From: Planctomycetota bacterium
GTDB taxonomy: Bacteria; Planctomycetota; UBA1135; UBA2386
DNA length: 46,411 nt
Assembly (NCBI GenBank): GCA_947501605.1
Contig: CANMWZ010000037.1
Span: 1-46,411 of the forward strand
Direction of reading: 5' to 3'
Shown: piece by piece, positions 27,236 through 35,342 of the stretch
Layout of the letters: the number at the start of each line of letters is the position of its first letter
Position numbering within the stretch: position 1 is the first letter of the stretch
Notes under the pieces: generated by a model
What the model saw: the letters and a program-made list of their open reading frames with translations, nothing else
Databases searched by the model: none
Told to the model about the DNA's origin: nothing
Position numbers and translations under genes: made by a program

Positions 27236-28735
27236 ATGTCGCAGCGCGCTCCCGTCGCAACGTCCTCACTCGCCCGCTTCACCGCGCCCTCGTGGTCGCT
27301 GCTACTGACCGTCGCGGTCTGCGCGCCAGTCGTCGACCGGCTCGCAGCGCAAGACGAGGCGAAGCCCGCCGCTTCGATCCCCGCCGAATTGAAGGAGGTG
27401 GTCGCCGCCTACGCCGCCAAAGTCGCGGCTTCGGCGGTGTTCGTCAGCGGGCGCACGATCGAGTCGGTGCTGGCAGAGGAGATGGCCCCCGATGCGCCGC
27501 TGCAGGCGATGGTGCGCCCGTTCTTGGAGTATGAGGTCGATCGCGACCAGCGCACCGTCACCGCGAAGGTGCTCGGCACCGAAGTGACCGCCGCGTATGT
27601 GGAGGGCCTCGGCTGCACGTTGGTGCGCGGCGACCTGACCGCCCTGCGGGCGCGAGCGCTGCCCCCCATCGCGAGGGCAATGGACCCGCGACCGTGGCCG
27701 CTCGGGGACGGACTCGCGAACCTGCCGCTGCCGGCGGGGATCGACGGCAAAGCCCTCGATCAAGCGATCGCCGACGCCTTCGTCGATCGCGATGGCCGGG
27801 TTAAGGCGCACACGCGCGCGATCGTCATTGCGCACCGCGGTCGCCTGATCGCCGAACGCTACGCCCCTAGCTACGACGCGTACTCGGTGCTGCCGGGCTG
27901 GTCGATGAGCAAGAGTCTGGTCAACGCCCTGATCGGCCTGCGGATCGGCGATGGCAAACTTGCTCTCGACCGCGAACTGCCGGTGCCCGAATGGAGCGCA
28001 CCGGACGATCCACGCCGCCAGTTGCGGCTCATGGATCTGTTGCGCATGGAGTCGGGCCTCGACTGGAGCGAGGACTACGAAGCCGCGGGCAGCCTTGCGC
28101 TGCGGATGCTGTTCTTGGAATCCGACTACGCCGCGCTGGCTGCGTCGCAACCGCTCGTGCGCGCGCCGCGCGAAGAGCATCGCTACTCGAGCGGCACGAC
28201 CAACCTGCTCTGCCGCATCCTGCGCACGACGTTCGACGACGAACGCAGCTACCTCGCCTACGCGCGCGACCGACTCTTCCTGCCGCTCGGCATGACCAGC
28301 GCTCTGCTCGAACCCGATCCGAGCGGGGTGTTCGTCGGCTCGTCGTTCGGCTTCGCCACGGCGCGCGACTGGGCGCGGTTCGGCCAGTTCTATCTGCAGG
28401 ACGGCGTCGTCGATGGCAAACGCCTACTGCCCGAGGGCTGGGTCGCGATGGCTCGCACGCCGTCGGTGGTGAGTCCGCGCGGCGACTACGGCGCCCACCT
28501 GTGGCTCAACGCCGGCAGCGAGAAGGAACCTGACAAACGGCCGTTCAACCGCCTGCCGCGCGACCTGTTCTACCTATCGGGCTACGAAGGGCAGTACGTA
28601 GTGTGCTTCCCGAGTCAGGACCTCGTGGTCGTGCGCCTGGGCTGCACCAAACGCGGCGGCTTCGACCTGCACGGGTTCTTGCAGCACGTCCTGCAGGCGT
28701 GCTCGCCGGATAGCCTCGATGGTGCCCGCAAGTAG
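27236..28735 (+). CDS. Serine hydrolase, beta-lactamase class C / 6-aminohexanoate-dimer-hydrolase-like
   Basis: SxxK (WSMSKS), LLRMESGL, YSSGTT, LFLPLGM, ARDWARFG, GYEGQ; signal-like N-terminus. Confidence 0.9.
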   Translation: MSQRAPVATSSLARFTAPSWSLLLTVAVCAPVVDRLAAQDEAKPAASIPAELKEVVAAYAAKVAASAVFVSGRTIESVLAEEMAPDAPLQAMVRPFLEYEVDRDQRTVTAKVLGTEVTAAYVEGLGCTLVRGDLTALRARALPPIARAMDPRPWPLGDGLANLPLPAGIDGKALDQAIADAFVDRDGRVKAHTRAIVIAHRGRLIAERYAPSYDAYSVLPGWSMSKSLVNALIGLRIGDGKLALDRELPVPEWSAPDDPRRQLRLMDLLRMESGLDWSEDYEAAGSLALRMLFLESDYAALAASQPLVRAPREEHRYSSGTTNLLCRILRTTFDDERSYLAYARDRLFLPLGMTSALLEPDPSGVFVGSSFGFATARDWARFGQFYLQDGVVDGKRLLPEGWVAMARTPSVVSPRGDYGAHLWLNAGSEKEPDKRPFNRLPRDLFYLSGYEGQYVVCFPSQDLVVVRLGCTKRGGFDLHGFLQHVLQACSPDSLDGARK

Positions 28736-28745
28736 CGAAGGGGCA

Positions 28746-28812
28746 CAACCATCAGGCCAGCAACCCATCAGGCCAGCAACCCATCAGGCCAGCAACCCAT
28801 CAGGCCAGCAAC
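28746..28812. repeat. 16-bp tandem repeat, about 4.2 copies, between convergent genes
   Basis: CAACCCATCAGGCCAG x3 exact, plus a first copy lacking one C and a trailing CAAC. Confidence 0.95.
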
Positions 28813-28881
28813 GCTGCTGCGAAGCTACGCCCTCGGCGCTGCGGTTGGCCGCTGCGATCCAGACTGCAGCGACCGGTCCAA

Positions 28882-29196
28882 TCAGGCCTTTTGGGCTTTG
28901 CTGAAGGCGCGATTGCGGCCGCGCAGCGCCTTGACCATGGGGAACGACGTCTTCTTGCCGTTGGCCTTGGTCAGGGTGATGACGCCGGTCTTGATGACCT
29001 TGGTCGACACCTTCATGCGCAGGAGACCGCCGTCGGGACCGATCACGCGGATGGTCTGGATGTTCGGCTTGAACTTGCGCTTGCTGCGGCCGGTGACGCG
29101 GCGGCCGACGCCACCTTGCTTCTTGGCCAGACCGCGACGCTTGACCTTATAACCGACTTCGGTTCGACGACCGGTGACTTCACAGACTCGGGACAT
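28882..29196 (-). CDS. rpmB: 50S ribosomal protein L28
   Basis: MSRVCEVTGRR...RSKRKFKPNIQ...MKVSTKVIKT; PVC-type RRGLAKKQGGVG insert; extended C-terminus. Confidence 0.93.
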   Translation of the reverse strand: MSRVCEVTGRRTEVGYKVKRRGLAKKQGGVGRRVTGRSKRKFKPNIQTIRVIGPDGGLLRMKVSTKVIKTGVITLTKANGKKTSFPMVKALRGRNRAFSKAQKA

Positions 29197-29399
29197 GGCT
29201 TGCGACGGGGCCCGGACGGGCCGATTGGAGAAGTAAGGGCGGAGGATGCTAGCGAACCGACGGTTCTGTGCAAGCCTCCGCGTGCGCTCCTTACTCGCCA
29301 CCCGGCACTGCCCCCGATCGTTGCCGCGCGCGGGCCGCGCACCGCCCCCGCGCCAAGCGTCTTCCCCCCCCAATTCGGAGGCCCGCAGAGGGTCCCCCT

Positions 29400-30431
29400 C
29401 TAGACGGCCTTCGACGCCGTCGACTCGTGGGCTGCATCGCGAGTGCGCGACAGCAGCAGGATCAAGGCTGCCCCCACGACCATCGCCGCGCTCAGCGTTT
29501 GCCCCATCGTCAGGCCGAGCAAGACAGAGCCGCCCGGCCCGAACTGCGCGTCCGGCTGGCGCACATACTCCAACGCGAACCGAACGCCGGCGTAGCCGAG
29601 CAAGAAGATCGCACCGTAGCAGCCGCGCCGGAGGGGATGGCGGCGCGTGAACCAGCAGAGCAGCAGCAGCAGGACTCCCAGCACGAACCCCTCGCCGATG
29701 CCCTCATAGAGTTGCGACGGATGCCGGTATGGGACCTGCGATCGCACAGCTTCCCAGTCGAAATAGGGGCGCAAACGCTCCCAATCGATCGGCGTGCCGC
29801 TCGCGTCGACCTCGGACAGCTTGCCAGCGATGTCCTCCCACGAACTGCGGCGGAAGGCATACTGAATGCACAACTCGCGATCGCGCATCGTCCAGCCGTC
29901 GGAGATATGAAGCAGTGACGACGCCTTGGAGTCCGTCGGAAACTGCATTGCCCAACCGACTCCTTTCTCGGTGACGCGGCCATAGAGCTCCCCGTTGATG
30001 AAGTTGGCGATGCGCACCGCCAGGATGCCGGGGCATCCTGCGATCGCGACCGCATCGACCACCTTGGCCCACGGGATCTTCTGTCGCCGCGCGAACAGCA
30101 GAGATGCAAGGCACACCCCGCCTAGTCCGCCGTGGAACGACAGCCCGCCCTTCCAGACCTTGATGAAGTTCCACGGCAGAATGAGTTCGAACTCAGGGTC
30201 GTAGAACAGGGCGTAGCCCAGGCGACCACCGAGCATCACACCGAGCACCAGATAGACCACGAGGTCCGCCGCCTGCTGCGCGGTCACCGGCCAGAACCGC
30301 GCGCGCGCCAGGCGCACCAGGATCCACTGGCCGATCACGAAACCGACGACGTACATCAAGCCGTACCACCGCAAGTCGATCGGCAGCCCCGGGATGTCAA
30401 ACAACACCGGGTCCCAACAGGGGAAGTCCAT
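29400..30431 (-). CDS. lgt: Prolipoprotein diacylglyceryl transferase
   Basis: RWYGLMY, GGRLGY, GGLSFHGG, RIANFINGELYGR, RHPSQLYE, RFALEYVRQPD, TMGQTLS. Confidence 0.96.
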   Translation of the reverse strand: MDFPCWDPVLFDIPGLPIDLRWYGLMYVVGFVIGQWILVRLARARFWPVTAQQAADLVVYLVLGVMLGGRLGYALFYDPEFELILPWNFIKVWKGGLSFHGGLGGVCLASLLFARRQKIPWAKVVDAVAIAGCPGILAVRIANFINGELYGRVTEKGVGWAMQFPTDSKASSLLHISDGWTMRDRELCIQYAFRRSSWEDIAGKLSEVDASGTPIDWERLRPYFDWEAVRSQVPYRHPSQLYEGIGEGFVLGVLLLLLCWFTRRHPLRRGCYGAIFLLGYAGVRFALEYVRQPDAQFGPGGSVLLGLTMGQTLSAAMVVGAALILLLSRTRDAAHESTASKAV

Positions 30432-30486
30432 CGGCGTGAAGCTACCGGGGCATTCGCACTAGCGCCACGCTACGCTGCCGCGCCCG

Positions 30487-31314
30487 ATGAACGCTCCGCT
30501 CGACCTGTTGCGCACTCGCCTTGGCGAGGCGGCTCCGTGGCTCAAGGACCAGGATGCGGAGATCGCCGCCGATCGCCGCCGCCTCGCGGTGGCGTTTCCG
30601 CAGCTGCCGCGCAAGGTCGCGCGCAGCCAGCTCGGCGGCGGTCTCACTGCCTTGGGCAAGGCGCTCTGCGACCTCGACGGCTGGCGTCGCTGCGATGCCG
30701 CCGCCGCCCTGCTGCTGCTGCAGTGCAAGGTGACCGACGCGGAACTCGTCGATCTCTACGCCCACGGCGACCTCGAAGAACGCGCGATGCTCCTGCGTTC
30801 GCTCGCCGTGCTGCCGATCACGGCAGGCTCGTGCTCTTTGCTGCTCGAAGTGCAGCGCACCAACATGGTCCTCCACCTCGAGGCCGCGATCTGCGACAGC
30901 GATCTGCTGGCGCGCACCAGCGCCGCCAAGCTGCCGAACTTTGGTTCCAGCGACGTCGACCGCTTGATGCTCAAGGTCGCCTTCCTCGACTTGCCACTGC
31001 GACGCGTGTTCTCGGCGGAGCAACTCGCAAACATCGAGCTCTCGCGCATGCTGCAAGACCTCGCGACCGAACGAGAAGCCGCGGGCCGGCCCGTCTGGCG
31101 CGACACTGATCGCATGCTCGCGCGCGCCCCGGTGCCTGGCACCATCGCCCGCTTACTCGGTGGGCTCGAGCACGGCGACGATGGTCGCCGTCTCGCCGCC
31201 GCCGAAGCGCTCCTTGTACTGAACCGCCCAGAGCTGCGGGCGTTCGCCGCCGAACGCCTGCCGCGCGAACCGCGCCCCGAGATCCGCGCCATCCTGCAGC
31301 GCCTCCCCGGCTGA
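30487..31314 (+). CDS. eboA: EboA-domain protein with a C-terminal HEAT-like extension
   Basis: LYAHGDLEERAMLLRSL, RTN, LMLKVAF, LSRMLQDLATEREAAGRPV; adjacent to an EboB-type TatD. Confidence 0.75.
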   Translation: MNAPLDLLRTRLGEAAPWLKDQDAEIAADRRRLAVAFPQLPRKVARSQLGGGLTALGKALCDLDGWRRCDAAAALLLLQCKVTDAELVDLYAHGDLEERAMLLRSLAVLPITAGSCSLLLEVQRTNMVLHLEAAICDSDLLARTSAAKLPNFGSSDVDRLMLKVAFLDLPLRRVFSAEQLANIELSRMLQDLATEREAAGRPVWRDTDRMLARAPVPGTIARLLGGLEHGDDGRRLAAAEALLVLNRPELRAFAAERLPREPRPEIRAILQRLPG

Positions 31315-31337
31315 TCCCTGAGCCCACCGCACCCGCC

Positions 31338-32219
31338 ATGCTGATCTTCGAACCGCACATCCACATGTACAGCCGCATCACGGACGACTACGAGCGCATG
31401 GCGCTCGCAGGGATCCGGGCGGTGTTGGAACCCGCATTCTGGCTCGGCCAGAACCGCACCAATGTCGGCTCTTTCGTCGACTACTTCGACACCCTGATCG
31501 GCTGGGAGCGATTTCGGAGCCAGCAGTTCGGCATCCACCACTTCTGCACGATGGGGCTCAACCCGCGCGAAGCGAACGACGACCGCGTCAATGACGCGGT
31601 GATGGAGATCCTGCCGCGCTACCTCGAGAAGGACTCGGTGCTCGGCGTCGGCGAGATCGGCCTCGACGACCAGACGCCGAAAGAAGAAAAGTACCTGCTC
31701 GCGCAACTGCTGCTGGCGAAGAAGCACGATCTGCCGGTACTGATCCACACGCCGCACCGCGACAAGAAGAAGGGCTTCCTGCGCTGCATCGACATGGTGA
31801 AAGAGAGCGGTGTGCCCATGCACCGCGTGCTGCTCGACCACGGCAACGAAGAGACCATCAAGATCACGCGCGAGACCGGCTGCTGGCAGGGTTTCTCGAT
31901 CTACCCGAACACCAAAATGGACCCGCACCGCATGGTCCAGATCGTGCTCGAGTACGGCGTCGAACGCGTGATTATCAACAGCGCCGCCGATTGGGGGGTG
32001 AGCGATCCTTTGATGGTGCCCCGAACTGCGACAAGGCTCGAGCAGGCCGGCGTCGCGCGGGAACGGATCGAGCAGTTGGTGTGGAAGAACCCGCTCGGTT
32101 TCTTCGCTCAGAGTGGACGGATCGACGAGGCCGCCCTGCTGCGCCCAGCCAACAGCAACCTGCGTGAGACCTTCGAAGGCAACTCGGTGCTGCGTGGCCA
32201 GGATCCCGATCGAGTCTGA
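31338..32219 (+). CDS. eboB: TatD-family hydrolase, EboB type
   Basis: PHIHMYSRITDDYERMA, EPAFWLGQ, GWERFRSQQFGI, GEIG, IHTPHRDK, DHGNEET, NSAADWGVSDPL. Confidence 0.85.
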   Translation: MLIFEPHIHMYSRITDDYERMALAGIRAVLEPAFWLGQNRTNVGSFVDYFDTLIGWERFRSQQFGIHHFCTMGLNPREANDDRVNDAVMEILPRYLEKDSVLGVGEIGLDDQTPKEEKYLLAQLLLAKKHDLPVLIHTPHRDKKKGFLRCIDMVKESGVPMHRVLLDHGNEETIKITRETGCWQGFSIYPNTKMDPHRMVQIVLEYGVERVIINSAADWGVSDPLMVPRTATRLEQAGVARERIEQLVWKNPLGFFAQSGRIDEAALLRPANSNLRETFEGNSVLRGQDPDRV

Positions 32220-32297
32220 GACCCGCTCCGGCTAGAAATGCCCGAGTTACGATAGGGAGGGAGGTGGCTACATTGCGCGCTCTTCCGGAGTCTCCTC

Positions 32298-34904
32298 ATG
32301 TCGCGATCCTGCCCGCGTCGTTCGCTGCTTTCGTCGTTTGCGCCGACACTCCTGATCCCACTGCTGCTGACCATCCTCGCAGCCTGTAGCGGCGGTGGCG
32401 GTGCCACCAGCACAGAGGAGGCGCTGCTCAGCGCCGACGTCCGCGGCGTTTCGGGTGGGATGGACACGCGCGGTGTTGCGATGCCCAATGGCGTGCCGAA
32501 CGCGCCCTCCGCCCCCGCGGACGCGGGCACCAATGCCGTCCAGCGCGAAGTCGCGGCCGCTGACGTTTACGCCGTCGCCGGCGATCGCCTCGTGCTGGCC
32601 AACGCCTACCGCGGCCTCGCGATCGTCGACCTCGCTGACTACCAGCTCGTGTCGCGCACGCCGCTGCGTGGCCGGCCCAACGAACTCTACCTGATCGGCG
32701 CGCGCGCCTTCGTGGTGGTGACCAGTGAAGGGATGGACACGATGCTGGCGCAGACCCGCCTGGTCGAACTCGACCTGACCAACGCTGCGGCCCCCGTGAT
32801 CGTGCAGCAGTCGGCGATGAACGGCTGGTTCCGCGACAGCCGCAAGATCGGCAACGTGCTCTACGTTTTGACCAGCGCCGGGGCCTTCTCGTTTGCGCTG
32901 GCCAACACGCCCGCCACTGCGGTCGCGGCACTGCCACTCGCCGGCGAAGGACTGTTGGCACATGCCACCGACCAGTTCGTGTTCGTCACGGCGAGCGCGG
33001 ACAACGGCATGACGCGCATGACCGTGCTCGACATCCGCGCCGTCGGCGGCGCAATCGAAGCGCGCGGTTCTGTGCTGCTGACCGGCATCGTTGGCGACGC
33101 GCAGAAGCTCCACTTCGGCGCCGGCACGATGCGCGTCGTCACCCACGACAGCAACGGCGTCGTTTCGCACCTCTACACCATTGGCGTCGACAACCCCGAC
33201 GTGCCTGTCGTGCTGGGCGAACTGCTGTTGGCCCGCGGTGAGCAGTTGTTCGGCACCTGCTTCATGGACGACCGCGCCTACATCGTCACCTTCGAGCGCA
33301 TCGACCCGCTGTGGGTCGTCGATCTCTCGAACCCGGCTTTGCCACGGGTGCTCGGCGAACTGCAGGTTCCTGGCTTCTCGACGCAGGTCGTGTGCAGCGG
33401 CAACCAACTCGTCTCCCTCGGCTATGACGGCCCGTGGAGCGAGCCCGTGCTGTCGCTGTTCGATGTCGCCGATCCGACGCGCCCGAGTCTGCTGTCGCGC
33501 GTTCCCGTCGGCTCGGTCGATCCCGAAGCGTTTCATGAGCACCGTGCGCTCTTCGTCCAGTCCGATCTCGTGCTCGTGCCGCTGTGGGACGGCCTCGCCG
33601 TCATCGATCGGCAGGCCAACAGCCTCTCGGTGCGCGGCCAGGTGCCGGTCCGCGGCGGCAGCAAGCGAGGCTTGCTACATGGCCGCGGGCTCGTAGCCGT
33701 CGGCAATGAACAGATCGTCGTCGCCGATCCGGGGACGCTCGCCGTGCGCGGCTCGGTGACGGTCGCCGAGAACGTGCTCCACGTCGCCCAACTCGGGGAC
33801 GGCACGACCGTCGAAGTCGTGCAGTCTGGCGACCAGACCTTGGTTCGCGGAACAGGCGTGGACCTCGTCGCCGAGCGCGTGTTCGCCTTCGACATGCGGG
33901 CGGCGGTCCTCGGCTGGAGCCGCACGGGTCGAGTCCTCTACCTCTTCGATTGCAGCACCACGCCGGCGACGGTCTCGGCGCCGATCGACATCGGCTTTGG
34001 CGGCTACGCCATCCCAACGCCACCGCGCGGTGGCATCAATACCCCGACTGGCGGCATGTTTGGCTACACCAGCGAGCCGCTCGACGTCCAACTGCCCGAC
34101 GGCCTGTTGCTGATTCGTGGCTTGCCCCAGGATGTCGCGATCGAACTCGGCCGTGGCGACGTGCGCGACGGTCTCATCGCCGTCGATCTCGCGACCGGTC
34201 GCCTGCTTCCTGGCGTCGCCGTGCGCGGCGCCGCGATCAGCGGCATCTGCCGCGACGGTAGCCAGGCAGCGCTGACGCTGTGCCGCCCGGCGGGATTCGA
34301 TCGCCCTGGCCGACCGCTAGTGCGCAACGCCTTCCACCGCATCGATGTTCGCCGCGGAGCTGCGAGCGCGGCCGTGCCCATCCCCGGCGCGGTGATCGCG
34401 GTTGCAGGCGCGCAGGTGCACACCATGAGCGAGACGTGGGACTCGGACTGGAGCTTCCGCACCTCGGTGACGTCGCTTCGGGTCGATGCCGGCAAGGTAG
34501 AAGTTCAGGACCGCACCATGCTGCCGCCCTTTGCCTACGACTTCCGGGTTGGCAGCGGCATCCTCTACTACTCCAGCAACGACATGCCGATCGGCCCGAC
34601 CTCGGGCGACATCCCGCAGTTCTTCGGCAACCGCATCGACTCGTTGCGCCTTTCGACCCTGCTGGTGCCCGGGCCAAGCCTCGTGGACGAAGGGTTCCGG
34701 CGACCGCTGCTGGCCGAGGGGCTTGGACTCCTCTGCGCCCGCGATGCCCAGACCATCGAACTCTGGAGCTTTCAAAACGAAACGCCCGCGCGCCAGTTCG
34801 CGGTGGCGATCGACGGCTACCCGTTGGCAGCCGTGGCCGAGGCGAATGCGCCAGGGTCGTTCCTCGTCGCGGCCGGTTACGCCGGTAGCGTGCGCGTGCC
34901 CTGA
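32298..34904 (+). CDS. Beta-propeller domain lipoprotein (Beta_propel/LVIVD-like)
   Basis: Lipobox ILAAC; EADV-like 'AAADVY', AYIVTFERIDPLWVVDLSNP, LGELQVPGFS, LSLFDVADP. Confidence 0.82.
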   Translation: MSRSCPRRSLLSSFAPTLLIPLLLTILAACSGGGGATSTEEALLSADVRGVSGGMDTRGVAMPNGVPNAPSAPADAGTNAVQREVAAADVYAVAGDRLVLANAYRGLAIVDLADYQLVSRTPLRGRPNELYLIGARAFVVVTSEGMDTMLAQTRLVELDLTNAAAPVIVQQSAMNGWFRDSRKIGNVLYVLTSAGAFSFALANTPATAVAALPLAGEGLLAHATDQFVFVTASADNGMTRMTVLDIRAVGGAIEARGSVLLTGIVGDAQKLHFGAGTMRVVTHDSNGVVSHLYTIGVDNPDVPVVLGELLLARGEQLFGTCFMDDRAYIVTFERIDPLWVVDLSNPALPRVLGELQVPGFSTQVVCSGNQLVSLGYDGPWSEPVLSLFDVADPTRPSLLSRVPVGSVDPEAFHEHRALFVQSDLVLVPLWDGLAVIDRQANSLSVRGQVPVRGGSKRGLLHGRGLVAVGNEQIVVADPGTLAVRGSVTVAENVLHVAQLGDGTTVEVVQSGDQTLVRGTGVDLVAERVFAFDMRAAVLGWSRTGRVLYLFDCSTTPATVSAPIDIGFGGYAIPTPPRGGINTPTGGMFGYTSEPLDVQLPDGLLLIRGLPQDVAIELGRGDVRDGLIAVDLATGRLLPGVAVRGAAISGICRDGSQAALTLCRPAGFDRPGRPLVRNAFHRIDVRRGAASAAVPIPGAVIAVAGAQVHTMSETWDSDWSFRTSVTSLRVDAGKVEVQDRTMLPPFAYDFRVGSGILYYSSNDMPIGPTSGDIPQFFGNRIDSLRLSTLLVPGPSLVDEGFRRPLLAEGLGLLCARDAQTIELWSFQNETPARQFAVAIDGYPLAAVAEANAPGSFLVAAGYAGSVRVP

Positions 34905-35342
34905 CGAGTGTCGACGTAGTCTGGCAACGGCGCGGCCCCACGGTCGCACGCCGACCGCTCCACCTGATCGTGCTCGACGAAGAGAGCGATGACGAATGCG
35001 GCGGCTGCCGCCGGCACTTCGACCCCTACCGCCGAGGCCTGCACGAGGCCAAAGCACCGACCGCGCCATCGACGCGGTCCGCTTGCAAGCGGCGGCCAAG
35101 GTGGCGGCCGAAGGCACGCTGTCGGCAACCCCAGCGGCCTCGCGGAAGCTCTCATTCGCCACCTTCGATCTGGCGCACAACAGGACTCGCTACGTGGGAT
35201 CGCTGCGGCCTTCACTGGCGGTCGCCACGACGTGGCTGCCGCCATCTTCCGTCCGTTGGTGCGGGACCTGAACGCCCAGTAACCAGGTGGCGGGCACCGC
35301 GGTTCGGCGGGAGCATTCCTCTAGCACCTGATCGGCACTGGT

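Noticed and set aside
27236..28735. Serine hydrolase as the beta-lactamase target of the BlaI/BlaR1 pair
   Set aside because: It is 17 kb away, has no ACTAC-N4-GTAGT site upstream, and its motifs fit the broad esterase/amidase group rather than a true AmpC
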